The notes: generated by a model not told the origin, from the sequence alone. 64,000 nt of DNA from Gemmatimonas sp. (GCA_965279375.1 OZ257156.1:3360001-3424000), one strand, 5' to 3'. Shown: positions 19,999-29,727, numbered from the stretch's first letter. A program made the numbers and translations.

Positions 19999-20895
19999 CT
20001 ACGGACGAAGCCACGCTCGCCACAGGGCGACGGCGCCTGACGAATCGGCCCCGACATGGCGCGCGCGCATCGCGACGTAACGCGCGTAGACCGGCGCCGC
20101 GGCCGCGCGAAGCGCCCGATCGCCATCACTGTCCGCTGCGCCCTTTGGCACCGCGTATACGAAGGACGAGTTCAACGGCGGCCCACCCTGCCGCTCGGGA
20201 TACTTGGTGAACGTGTCGATGCGTCGGAAGTCGCGAGGTACCAGCGCCTTCGTGCTGTCGCCGACGATCCCAGCGCGCACGAAAAAGTCGACCGCGTCGT
20301 CGGGATAGCCGAACAGGTAGCCATAGCCGCGCCAGCGCGCATCGCGCGGCGCATTCTCGACCGCGCCGACCACGTCACGCGGATCCGCGCTAGGCGTGAT
20401 GCCCAGCGTGGCGAAGAAGGCCGCGTGTCGCGCGATTGCCTGAGCTAGTGCGCGGCGATGGTAGAGCACCATCGAACTGCTCCGCGCCGTCGAGCTGTCG
20501 CGCCCGGTGAATGTCGCCGTGAAGACCTGCACGAAGACACCGATCTCCCCGCAGCTGAGTGCAGGCGCGATCCTGCGGAGTCGTTCGAGCTCAGCCAGGC
20601 GAACCGTGTCGAGCGTCGGCGCGATGCGGAGTTGCAGATCGCGCACATCGCTGGAGATCGGCTTCAGCCCGTCAGCGAGCGTGTAGAGCCCCTCCCGGTC
20701 GGAGAACTCCAGCAGCACCCGCTCCGCCAACGCGCGGTCGGCCGCGGGGAGCGCCTCGACGGCAAAGCACGGGTCGGACGCGACAATGCCGTCGCGTGTC
20801 CGAGGCGACGCACGCCCCGCGCTGGCCGTCGTGCGGTTCGCGGCGAGTACGCAGAGAAGGACGGTTAGCGTTCGAGCGGCGTGTGTGTCGCGCAT
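19999..20895 (-). CDS. Hypothetical secreted protein
   Basis: ATG 20895, signal-like N-terminus; 'EGLYTLADGLKPISS', 'RWRGYGYLFGYPDDAVDFFV', 'FVYAVPK'. Confidence 0.75.
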   Translation of the reverse strand: MRDTHAARTLTVLLCVLAANRTTASAGRASPRTRDGIVASDPCFAVEALPAADRALAERVLLEFSDREGLYTLADGLKPISSDVRDLQLRIAPTLDTVRLAELERLRRIAPALSCGEIGVFVQVFTATFTGRDSSTARSSSMVLYHRRALAQAIARHAAFFATLGITPSADPRDVVGAVENAPRDARWRGYGYLFGYPDDAVDFFVRAGIVGDSTKALVPRDFRRIDTFTKYPERQGGPPLNSSFVYAVPKGAADSDGDRALRAAAAPVYARYVAMRARHVGADSSGAVALWRAWLRP

Positions 20896-21407
20896 GAGTG
20901 CTTGGCGTTGCGTGCGCGATGACGGCAACGCCGTTCCTCGCGCCAGTTGCGGGCATGAGCCGTGATGATCGAGCCGGCACCGACGAGGACGAGAAGCGGT
21001 TCGACCGCCTGCACGGACTCTCCGGCCACCCGCGTCAGAATCAACACCGTCGCGCCGCCGACAAACAGTCGTACGGCGCCGCGATCGCCGTGGCAGCGCT
21101 GTCCGCGCCCCAGCGCGGCGCCCCCGAGCAGCAGGGAAGCGCCGAGGAAGCCCCACTCCAACCACGCGGGCATGCGGTTGCCGAGGCCGAGCAGGGCGAG
21201 TGCGGCGATGAAGATGCCACTGGCCGCGCAGTGGATGGCGCAGAGCACCGAGACCGTGATGCCGGCGAGGTCGAGCCACCCGCTCCGATGGCCCGTCTCG
21301 TCGGCGGGGGAGGGCGAGATCGGCCTCGGACAAGCGGACGAACTGGAGCGGTCCGTCGCCGCGCCGATGTCCAGGGCGGTGGGCGAGAGTGGGTTCGATG
21401 CTGTCAT
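20865..21407 (-). CDS. MerC-domain membrane protein
   Basis: 'LDLAGITVSVLCAIHC', four TM segments, 'AHARNWR'. Confidence 0.82.
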   Translation of the reverse strand: MTASNPLSPTALDIGAATDRSSSSACPRPISPSPADETGHRSGWLDLAGITVSVLCAIHCAASGIFIAALALLGLGNRMPAWLEWGFLGASLLLGGAALGRGQRCHGDRGAVRLFVGGATVLILTRVAGESVQAVEPLLVLVGAGSIITAHARNWREERRCRHRARNAKHSCATHTPLER

Positions 21408-21432
21408 TGATAAACGATACTCGCTTATCAAT
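21406..21432. promoter_or_regulatory. 27-bp palindromic operator between divergent merC-like and TBDR genes
   Basis: ATTGATAAACGA-TAC-TCGCTTATCAAT, 11/12 arm match, AT-rich patch. Confidence 0.65.
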
Positions 21433-21467
21433 ATTAATCAACTCTCCCTTCACCCTTTCCCTGCACC

Positions 21468-23798
21468 ATGACTTCAACGCCTCGTCTTCGTCGTGCGCCG
21501 TCGCTCGGCCGGCGGCTCTCAACTCCGATGTCCTGCGCCGCGCTGCTGGCGGTCGGCATGACGTTCGATGCCCGCGTCGTAACTGCGCAGTCCCGCGCGG
21601 TCGACGCCACGGCTCCCGCCGCGGCGGGCACGCTTCGCGGTAGCGTGACCGACTCCACAGGGCGCGCCATTGCGCAGGCGCTGGTGCGTGCCGCCGACGC
21701 CAACGGGCGTTCGCAGAGCGCGCGCAGCGACGCCGAAGGACGCTTCGTGCTGCCGCTGCCGGGAGCCGGTCGCTATCAGCTGGAGATTCGGGCCGTCGGT
21801 TACGTCTCGGAGAATCGGGAGGTGAGCTGGCGAGGTGCTGCGAGTGCACCGCTCACCGTGGCGCTGCGTGCCTCGCGTGCGCTGGCACCGGTGCAGGTGA
21901 TCGGCACCGCCGTCACGACGGCCTCGCTCCATCCTGCGGCGAGCGACCTCGCCGGATCGGTGTCGGTTCTCGGCGGTGAACAGATCGCGCGGGAACAGGT
22001 AGGCTTCGCTCAGGAACTGCTGCGCAAGGTGCCGGGCGTCTATCGCAGCGAGTACAACCAGGGGATCGTCGCCGGCGACATCGGTGTGCGCGGTTTCAAC
22101 ACCGAGAGCGAGATCCCCAGCACGAAGCTTCTCGTCGACGGCATCCCGTTGAACCTGAACAGCGGCGTGAGCGAGATGAATGCGCTGTTCCCGCTGGAGA
22201 TCGAGCGGATGGACGTCGTTCGCGGCACGAACGATCCCCGCTTCGGTCTCTTCAATCTTGCCGGCAACGTTTCAGTCAGCACGCGTCAGGGAGGCAACTA
22301 CCTCACCTCACGGCTGCAGTCAGGCAGTTTCGGCACGACGGATGCGCAGCTGCTCGGCAGCATCGAGCGCGCCGGCTTCTCGCAGACACTCTTTGGTGGG
22401 ATCCGTCGCAGCGATGGGTATCGCGACAACGCCAACCTCGACAAGTGGACGGCGTCGGGGAAGTGGTTCTACTCGACGCCTGCCCAGCGCGTGCGCGTCG
22501 GCGTGATCGCACGAACGCATCGGCTGGACACCAAGGCGCCCGGCTATCTCTCCCTCGCGGAGTCGCGCAACACGCCGACGTTCTCTCCGGAATACTCTCT
22601 GTCGGATGGCGGCACGGTGGAGTCGGATCATGGCAGCGTGCATCTCGACGTGCGCCAGACGTCGACGCTCGCCTGGTCAGTCAAGGGCTATAGCCAGCGA
22701 TTCGAACGCGTGCGCTACGTGCGATTCACCGCCGCGGGTGCGCAGCAGGAGCGTATTGAGGATGAGCGGCAGACGGGTGCGATCGCCACGGTGACCTGGA
22801 AGCCGGCCACGCTCGCCGAATACGGGGTGGTGATGACCGGCGGTGCGGACGTGCAGCAGCAGGACAATGTGCAGCAGCGCTTTCGCACGGCGAACCGAGT
22901 GCGCCAAGCCACGCTGCGCGACTACGACTTCTCGCTCGACAATACTGGCGGGTTCATTCAGCTCGCGGGCTCGCCGATCGATCGTCTGCAACTGACCGCG
23001 GGCGTGCGCGCTGATCGGTTCAGCGGCGACTTCACGAACGTCGTCAGCAAGAGCACGTTGCCGATCTTCTCGTACGGGACGATCACGCAGCCCAAGGTGA
23101 GTGCCACGTTGCGCGTGCATGACCGGCTCAGCAGCTATGCGAACTACGGTCGCGCGTTTCAGATCGGCGCCGGCGTCGCGACGTATGGACGCACGCCGCT
23201 CAAACCATCGGTCAACGATGGATACGAAGTCGGTGTCGTGAGCGCACCGACGGATCTGCTCGCAGTGCGCGCAGGATTCTGGCGGCAAAAGGCGAGCGAT
23301 GAGGTCCGCCTCAAGTTCGACAACTCCGGCGACTCCGAAAACATCGGGCGCACGCGCCGCGGTGGATTGGATATCGAGTCGACGCTGCGCTTGCCGCGCA
23401 ACGTCAGTCTGTGGGCCGCGGGAACCTCCCAGCGCGCGATCCTCGTCGAACCCGGGCTGACCAATCCCACGGCTCGGGGAAAGCGACTCGACCACGTGCC
23501 GTCCTGGACGGTGAAGTATGGCGCGGATTGGTCGCCCACGGTGGGCGCACATCTGTCCTTCTGGAGCTACTCGCAGGGGAAGTACGAGCTCACCACGCAA
23601 AACAATCGCGGCACGTGGGGCGACATTCGTACGGTCAACGCTGACGTGTCATGGCGGTGGCGTGCGGCCGCGCTCGGCGTTGGTGTGACCAACCTGTTCG
23701 ACCGATACAGCGAGTACGTCTGGTTTGACGGTGCGCAGACGCTGCACTCCCCCGCGGCCTCGCGTGCACTGTTCCTCACCCTCACGCTGGACCGATGA
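21468..23798 (+). CDS. TonB-dependent receptor
   Basis: Carboxypeptidase-regulatory-like N-terminus, 'LLRKVPGV', 'VRGF', 'IERMDVVRGTNDPRFG', 'NLFDRY'. Confidence 0.9.
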   Translation: MTSTPRLRRAPSLGRRLSTPMSCAALLAVGMTFDARVVTAQSRAVDATAPAAAGTLRGSVTDSTGRAIAQALVRAADANGRSQSARSDAEGRFVLPLPGAGRYQLEIRAVGYVSENREVSWRGAASAPLTVALRASRALAPVQVIGTAVTTASLHPAASDLAGSVSVLGGEQIAREQVGFAQELLRKVPGVYRSEYNQGIVAGDIGVRGFNTESEIPSTKLLVDGIPLNLNSGVSEMNALFPLEIERMDVVRGTNDPRFGLFNLAGNVSVSTRQGGNYLTSRLQSGSFGTTDAQLLGSIERAGFSQTLFGGIRRSDGYRDNANLDKWTASGKWFYSTPAQRVRVGVIARTHRLDTKAPGYLSLAESRNTPTFSPEYSLSDGGTVESDHGSVHLDVRQTSTLAWSVKGYSQRFERVRYVRFTAAGAQQERIEDERQTGAIATVTWKPATLAEYGVVMTGGADVQQQDNVQQRFRTANRVRQATLRDYDFSLDNTGGFIQLAGSPIDRLQLTAGVRADRFSGDFTNVVSKSTLPIFSYGTITQPKVSATLRVHDRLSSYANYGRAFQIGAGVATYGRTPLKPSVNDGYEVGVVSAPTDLLAVRAGFWRQKASDEVRLKFDNSGDSENIGRTRRGGLDIESTLRLPRNVSLWAAGTSQRAILVEPGLTNPTARGKRLDHVPSWTVKYGADWSPTVGAHLSFWSYSQGKYELTTQNNRGTWGDIRTVNADVSWRWRAAALGVGVTNLFDRYSEYVWFDGAQTLHSPAASRALFLTLTLDR

Positions 23799-24979
23799 CG
23801 CAGATGCGCTCGCGCGTCGAGGGTATCGACGCGCTGCGGGGACTGGTGATCGTGTTCATGGTGATGGACCACGCACGCGAGTACAGCGCAGGCACCGGGC
23901 GCGTGAGTGACCCGATGCAGCTGGACGCAGTCACGCCGCTTCTCTTCTGGATGCGATGGCTGGCGCACTTCTGTGCGCCAGTGTTCACGCTGCTCGCCGG
24001 TGTGTCGGCCGGTCTGGAGGGTATGCGACTGTCCGCGCCCGAGCTGTCGCGTTACCTCGTGACACGCGGCCTCGTGCTCATCGTCCTCGAGTTCACGGTC
24101 GTTCACCCATCGTGGACCTTCTCATTCGTCTGGCCGATGCTGTACGCGCAGGTGATCTGGGGGATTGGCCTGAGCATGGTGGTCGCTGGGCTACTCCAAC
24201 ACGCGCCGGTCGCAGCGCGCGCGGCGATCGGGGTGCTCTGCGTGGTTGGCCACAACGCACTCGATAGTTGGCATCCGACGTCGCCTGCGCCGTTGCACTG
24301 GGCGTGGGCGATTCTCCACGATCGCCAGGTGATGCCGCTGTGGGAGGGACTCTCGGTGCGGACGTCCTATCCAGTGTTACCAATGATTGGTGTGCTCCTG
24401 CTCGGCGAAGTTGTTGGGCGGTGGTACGTGCGCACGCCCGATGCTGTTCAGCGCGCACGTCTGCTTCGTCTCGCAGGTGCGACGATGCTCGTGGCGTTCG
24501 TGGTGCTGCGGTCGACCAATTGGTACGGCGATCCGCACGACGCGGTGTACGACGGCCCGTCGGCGGCATCCTTCATGTCGATGTTGAACGTCACCAAGTA
24601 CCCGATGTCGCTTGCCTTTCTCCTGATGACGGTTGGCCCGGCGCTGCTGCTGTTGGCGTCATGGGAGCGCGCCATGCCCGCGTGGTCTGCTCCAATCACG
24701 TCGCGCCTGATCGTGATGGGGCAGGTGCCGATGTTCCTGTACATCGCGCACCTTTACCTGCTGCACGCGCTGGCGATGCTCTGGGCGCTGGTCGACGGAT
24801 ATCCGTGGTCTACGTTTGACTTCCACACACAGATCGGCGGGATGCCCAAGGGTTTCGGTTTCCCCCTCTGGGTGACGATTCCATTTTCACTCTGCACGAT
24901 CGTCTTGCTCTGGCCCGCCGCGCAGTGGTATGCGCGATTGCGTGCCAGCAAACGCTACGCGATCACACGATTCGTGTAG
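23795..24979 (+). CDS. DUF1624 / HGSNAT-like multi-pass membrane protein
   Basis: 'IDALRGLVIVFMVMDH', 'AHFCAPVF', 'KYPMSL', 'GQVPMFLYIAH'. Confidence 0.85.
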   Translation: MTQMRSRVEGIDALRGLVIVFMVMDHAREYSAGTGRVSDPMQLDAVTPLLFWMRWLAHFCAPVFTLLAGVSAGLEGMRLSAPELSRYLVTRGLVLIVLEFTVVHPSWTFSFVWPMLYAQVIWGIGLSMVVAGLLQHAPVAARAAIGVLCVVGHNALDSWHPTSPAPLHWAWAILHDRQVMPLWEGLSVRTSYPVLPMIGVLLLGEVVGRWYVRTPDAVQRARLLRLAGATMLVAFVVLRSTNWYGDPHDAVYDGPSAASFMSMLNVTKYPMSLAFLLMTVGPALLLLASWERAMPAWSAPITSRLIVMGQVPMFLYIAHLYLLHALAMLWALVDGYPWSTFDFHTQIGGMPKGFGFPLWVTIPFSLCTIVLLWPAAQWYARLRASKRYAITRFV

Positions 24980-25051
24980 CGAGATTCGGCAACGCCGTCG
25001 GCAACGCAATTCGGCAACTGGCGCGCTGGCGCGCTGGCGCAGGCGTACGAC

Positions 25052-26017
25052 CTAGTGCGGTACGTCGCCGCGCATGATCTGCGCGAGCTTGCCGCTGTCG
25101 ATGTTGCCGCCGGACACGACGCATACCACGCGCCCACTCCCCGCTTTTCCCGATAGCGCGGCAGCAACCGATGCCGCGCCTGCGCCTTCCGCGATCACTC
25201 GATGTCGCTCGGCGAGCAGTCGAATCGCCTGCGCGATCTCCGTGCGTGAGACCACGATGGACCGCGGCAGGAGCTCCTGTGCAAGTGGCCACATCTCCTC
25301 CAGCACACTCTTGCCGCCGATCCCATCCACGAAACTCGCCTCGTAGGGCACGGCTTGTGGAGCGCCAGCGTCAAGCGATGGGGCAAGCGGTGCCGCGCTA
25401 TCCACTTCGCACGCATACACCGGCACGGTGGGTGCGACCGCGCGCAGGGCGGAGGCGATGCCGCACGAGAGTCCGCCGCCGCCGTACGGCGCGATCACCG
25501 CATCGACATCCGGCAAGTCGTCGATGATCTCCAGTCCGATCGTGCCGTTGCCGGCCATCACCGCGGGCGCGGAGACGGGGTGAATGAAGTAGCCCGTCAT
25601 CCCGGGATACTCATGTGTGAGGATGATATGCCACCAGGTATCGAAAGGCACTTTGATGATGCGACCGCCAAGACGTTCGATGGCAGCCAGCTTGGTGGCT
25701 GGCGCGTGGTCCGGAACGATCACGGTGCAGGGTATGCCAAGTCGACGCGCACTCCACGCGACGCCTTGCGCCATGTTGCCGGCGCTGGCGGTGTACACGC
25801 CCTCCGCGAGTTGCGCCGGCGTTGCGAGCGCCATGGCGTTGGCGGCACCGCGCAGCTTGAACGAACCGATCGGCTGGAGATTCTCGAGCTTGAGATAGAT
25901 CTCCGCTGGCGCGTCTTCGATGTTGAGGCGAATGAGCGGTGTGCTCAGAATCACACCGCGCAAACGGTCGCGAGCCGCTTCGATATCGGCGAGCGGGATC
26001 GGGGTGCGCGCCTGCAT
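25052..26017 (-). CDS. PLP-dependent threonine/serine dehydratase family protein
   Basis: 'KLENLQPIGSFKLRGA', 'SAGNMAQG', 'GGGGL', 'SGGNID'. Confidence 0.9.
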   Translation of the reverse strand: MQARTPIPLADIEAARDRLRGVILSTPLIRLNIEDAPAEIYLKLENLQPIGSFKLRGAANAMALATPAQLAEGVYTASAGNMAQGVAWSARRLGIPCTVIVPDHAPATKLAAIERLGGRIIKVPFDTWWHIILTHEYPGMTGYFIHPVSAPAVMAGNGTIGLEIIDDLPDVDAVIAPYGGGGLSCGIASALRAVAPTVPVYACEVDSAAPLAPSLDAGAPQAVPYEASFVDGIGGKSVLEEMWPLAQELLPRSIVVSRTEIAQAIRLLAERHRVIAEGAGAASVAAALSGKAGSGRVVCVVSGGNIDSGKLAQIMRGDVPH

Positions 26018-26113
26018 TAACAGGGATCCGTCGGCAGCGTCAGAGCAAGTGAGGGCAGCAGTCGCTGCCGCCCGTCGTCTGACTTGTGGTCTGACCTGTG
26101 ATTGGAGGTTCTC

Positions 26114-26455
26114 ATGCGTCGCATGGCTTCACTACTCGCGTCGTTGTCAGCTTCACTGCGTCTCGTCGCCGCACTGACGATGTTGACGTTCTCCACTGCC
26201 TGCATGGCGACGGCGCAGCCGCGCGGCGTGGTCTATGTGCGGCAAGGGCCGCCGCGTGCGCTCGTGGAGGTCGTTGGCGTGGCACCATCGCGCGGACACG
26301 TCTGGATTCCCGGCTACTACTCGTGGCGGGGCGGCGCGTACGTGTGGGTGGCGGGCCGCTACGATGTCCTTCGCCCGGGCTTTCGTCGTTACGAGCCGGG
26401 ACGTTGGCGTCACGCACGCGCCGGATGGTACTGGACCGACGGTCGCTGGCGCTGA
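26114..26455 (+). CDS. YXWGXW-repeat small protein (probable lipoprotein)
   Basis: GGAGG RBS; 'STAC', 'VWIPGYYSW', 'YVWVAGRY', 'WYWTDGRWR'. Confidence 0.85.
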   Translation: MRRMASLLASLSASLRLVAALTMLTFSTACMATAQPRGVVYVRQGPPRALVEVVGVAPSRGHVWIPGYYSWRGGAYVWVAGRYDVLRPGFRRYEPGRWRHARAGWYWTDGRWR

Positions 26456-26497
26456 TTCGCCAGCAACCGCCGGTCAACGGCGAGTGCTGCAACGACA

Positions 26498-28336
26498 CTA
26501 CATGCGCGGGCGCGTCTTGCGCGGCACCTTGCCGCAGTTGGACGGCCAGTTCGCCGGCCACGTGCCCGGCGACCGATCGCGCTTGATGAACTCCGGATCT
26601 TCCGACGCGAGGTAGACCATCAGCGCGGCCAGCGTCGCGTTGTGCTTGAGATCGTCGAACACGACCTTGTCGTACGTGTCGCGATTGGTGTGCCACGTGT
26701 ACGTGCTGTAGTTCCAACCCACCGCGCCCATGCCGAACGACGGCGTGCCGAAGCACGCGAACACAGCGCCGTCTGTTCCGCCCGGGTTGCCGGTGGGAAT
26801 GTCGTTGAAGCTCCACGACACGACGTTAGGGCTCAAGCTGTCGGTGTAGAAACTCGGGAGCATGCTGTACCAGCTCTTGAGATGGCGCCCGATGTCCGTC
26901 AGTCCCGAGGACGAGAGCGACTGCACACGCCCGGTGCCGTTGTCCTGATTGAAGAGCGCCTGCAGCCCCTTCATGACTTCCGGGTGATCTTCCGTGTACG
27001 CCGTGGAGCCGTTGAGCCCCTGTTCCTCGCTGGCCCAGTGCCCGACGATGATCGTGCGCTTGGGCTTGGGATACGCGGCCTTGAGGATGCGCATCGCTTC
27101 CATCGCCATCAGCGTGCCGGTGCCGTTGTCCGTCGCGCCCGATGAACCGTCCCACGAATCGAAGTGCGCCGAGAGCATCACGTACTCGTCGGGCTTCTCG
27201 GTGCCCTTGATCGTCGCGATCGTGTTGAACGCCGGCTGCTCACCCAGGAGCTGTGCATCCAGCGTCAGGTTAACCACCGGCTTCTGGTTGTTCTCCGCGA
27301 GGCGGAAGAGCAGACCGTAGTCTTCGCAGGTCAGCGCGACTGCCGGTGCGATCGTGTTGTACGTCTCGAAGATTTCGATGACGCCCCAGCCGCCAGCTCC
27401 CGCGCTCGGATTCTGGAAGCCGCCACGACCCGCGGCGGCCGCGGCAAGACTCGACGCCGGCCCACCACCACGCGCGCTCGCGCCGCCACCCGCGCGTCCG
27501 CCTGCGCCACCAGCACCGCCTGCTCCACGTCCACCGCCCACCGGGAAGTTGCCGCCCGGCGGCGCGAACGGGTTCGTGAAGCCACTCAGCTTGTTGCGCG
27601 ATGTGATCATGCCGGCCACGCCCGCCTTCTCGAGGCGCAACCCCAGCGTGCCCGTGCCGAGCGAGAGTGAGTAGCCGGTGCCGCGATACATCTTGCTGCT
27701 GTCAGGGCGAAGGTCAGGGCCGGTCATCACCGACCAGTCGCGCTGTGTTTCGGCGATCAGCGTGTCCATGCGCGCCTTCGACTCCGGCGTCGCAAAGCGC
27801 AGCCAGTCTTCCGACGGACGGCAGGTGGGAAAGGCGGGCGACAGCATCACGACCTTTCCTTTGGCCTTCGGCAACCACGCCACGAATTCCGTGCTGTCCT
27901 TGAACTTCGGCAGCACGATCACCTCACCGCGCACCGGCTTGCCGCCGGTGCCCGGGCTCCACGCCAGCATGGTTCCCTCGAGCGAACGCACGCGCGGCGC
28001 CACGAGATCGATGTGCGAGATGCCGCGACGCCAGCCGCGCCACGTGCCGTAGTTCTCGCGCCTGGCCTCCACGCCCCACGATCCATACTGGGCGATGGCC
28101 CAGTCGCTCGCGGCTTTCATTCCCGGGCTACCGGTCAGTCGCGGGCCCACCGAGTCGAGCAGTGCCTGCCCAAGCCGTTGTACGTGCGAGCTATCCATAC
28201 CAAGGCGCCAGATACGCTGGACTGTGGCGTCGGAGGTCGGAAACTGCGTCTGCTGTGCCGCCGCGGTCGCGGCTGGCAGCATCGCGGCCAGCGCCAACGA
28301 TGCGCCGGCAACAGAGAGAGGTCGGAGCGTGGTCAT
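26498..28336 (-). CDS. M28-family secreted metallopeptidase
   Basis: Signal peptide, 'GPRLTGSP', 'SAHFDSW', 'GATDNGTG', 'SEEQGLNGS', 'WHTNRDTYD'. Confidence 0.9.
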   Translation of the reverse strand: MTTLRPLSVAGASLALAAMLPAATAAAQQTQFPTSDATVQRIWRLGMDSSHVQRLGQALLDSVGPRLTGSPGMKAASDWAIAQYGSWGVEARRENYGTWRGWRRGISHIDLVAPRVRSLEGTMLAWSPGTGGKPVRGEVIVLPKFKDSTEFVAWLPKAKGKVVMLSPAFPTCRPSEDWLRFATPESKARMDTLIAETQRDWSVMTGPDLRPDSSKMYRGTGYSLSLGTGTLGLRLEKAGVAGMITSRNKLSGFTNPFAPPGGNFPVGGGRGAGGAGGAGGRAGGGASARGGGPASSLAAAAAGRGGFQNPSAGAGGWGVIEIFETYNTIAPAVALTCEDYGLLFRLAENNQKPVVNLTLDAQLLGEQPAFNTIATIKGTEKPDEYVMLSAHFDSWDGSSGATDNGTGTLMAMEAMRILKAAYPKPKRTIIVGHWASEEQGLNGSTAYTEDHPEVMKGLQALFNQDNGTGRVQSLSSSGLTDIGRHLKSWYSMLPSFYTDSLSPNVVSWSFNDIPTGNPGGTDGAVFACFGTPSFGMGAVGWNYSTYTWHTNRDTYDKVVFDDLKHNATLAALMVYLASEDPEFIKRDRSPGTWPANWPSNCGKVPRKTRPRM

Positions 28337-28423
28337 GAGGCTAACGTCTGAAAGTGAAGCGCGTTCGGCAGGCGGGCCGCAACGCGTACGGCAACCACAA
28401 AGCGAAAAACGAATAGCGAACGG

Positions 28424-29269
28424 CTAGGAGCTCGCGCGAGCCGAGGTGAAGTCAAGCGACGATGGCGCCGTCGCTGATGCAAGGCCGATCGCGCGATCCA
28501 ACGCCTCGATCAGCCCACCCTCGTCCACATGACCCACGGTGTAGGTCGCGATCTCGTGCAACGACTCCTCGGCGTTGGCCATCGCGACGGGATGACCGAC
28601 GATGCGCATCGCGGGCGCATCGTTGCCTCCGTCGCCGACAAACATCACCTGCGCCAGCGTGATGCCGTACGACAACGCAATAGCCCGCACCGCCGTTGCC
28701 TTCGTCACGCCGGTTGGGGTCATGTTGAGAAACGTCGTGTCCGGCATGATGGGTGAGGTCGAGGGCGCGATCTCGAGCCCCGGATGCGGCTCTGCCAGCG
28801 TCTCCGCGGCTTCCTCGTGCGACAGTAGCCACTGCGCGCGCACGTACGGCTCGGGCAATGCCACAAACGGCCGCGGCGCATAGGGCACCCCAAGCAGCGC
28901 GGCGTGTGCGACCACGCGCGGCGACTCGGCTTCCACGACGTAGTCGTCGTCGGTGTAGAACTCGAGGACTCTGCCGGTGGCGCGGGCGCGTTCCTTGAGC
29001 CGGACAACAACCTCCGACGGCAGCCGCACCGACCGCGACTCCCCGGTGCCGACGTGCAGCACACTCGCGCCATTCTGAAAGCTGTGCCATCCGTCGGCAT
29101 CGAGTCGCACGGCATACTCGCGTGCGAGACCGAACGCGGGCCGCCCACTGCAGATCGCCAGTCGCAGTCCGGCGGCACGCGCACGCTCGGCGGCCGACCA
29201 CACTCCCGGGTGCACCGCGCCACCCGAGCCCACCAGCGTCCCGTCCACATCAATGCAGACGAGACGCAC
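28424..29269 (-). CDS. Cof-type HAD-IIB hydrolase
   Basis: 'DVDGTL', 'SGR', 'K', 'VGDGGND', 'AMANA'. Confidence 0.9.
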   Translation of the reverse strand: MRLVCIDVDGTLVGSGGAVHPGVWSAAERARAAGLRLAICSGRPAFGLAREYAVRLDADGWHSFQNGASVLHVGTGESRSVRLPSEVVVRLKERARATGRVLEFYTDDDYVVEAESPRVVAHAALLGVPYAPRPFVALPEPYVRAQWLLSHEEAAETLAEPHPGLEIAPSTSPIMPDTTFLNMTPTGVTKATAVRAIALSYGITLAQVMFVGDGGNDAPAMRIVGHPVAMANAEESLHEIATYTVGHVDEGGLIEALDRAIGLASATAPSSLDFTSARASS

Positions 29270-29289
29270 CGGTGCCTGAGAGGACGCGA

Positions 29290-29727
29290 TTATTTGTCCG
29301 CCTTCAGATCGCCACAGGCCACGTACTTGCCCATGTTCGCCATCGATTCATGCACGTTGACGTTGTAGCTGCCCGTGTCCGGCAGCGCGATCGGCAGGAT
29401 CGCCTTGAGTTCGACGGCGCCCTTGTCGTCGCTGGCGACGGTCGTGTACGACTTGCCCCCACCCAGGATCCCGCCGCCCTTCGCGCAGCTGCCGGTGTGG
29501 ACGTGCCACGGACGCGCCGTGCCGGGCGTGTCGCCCGTGTACTTGAGCACCACCTCGGTGGTGTTCGCATCCTTACCGGCCTTCATCGTGACGGTGCCGT
29601 GGACCTTGGACTCGCCGAGGCCCATGACCATGCCGGACCAGCCGCCGTGACGCAGGACGAGGCCGTACGCGACCGAGGAGGACGCCGCGACGAGCAGCGC
29701 CGCGACTGCAACCGATGAACGCTTCAT
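29290..29727 (-). CDS. Small secreted protein, Cu/Zn-SOD-like or CHRD-like fold
   Basis: Signal peptide; 'PWHVHTGSC', 'VNVHES', 'VACGDL'. Confidence 0.7.
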   Translation of the reverse strand: MKRSSVAVAALLVAASSSVAYGLVLRHGGWSGMVMGLGESKVHGTVTMKAGKDANTTEVVLKYTGDTPGTARPWHVHTGSCAKGGGILGGGKSYTTVASDDKGAVELKAILPIALPDTGSYNVNVHESMANMGKYVACGDLKADK

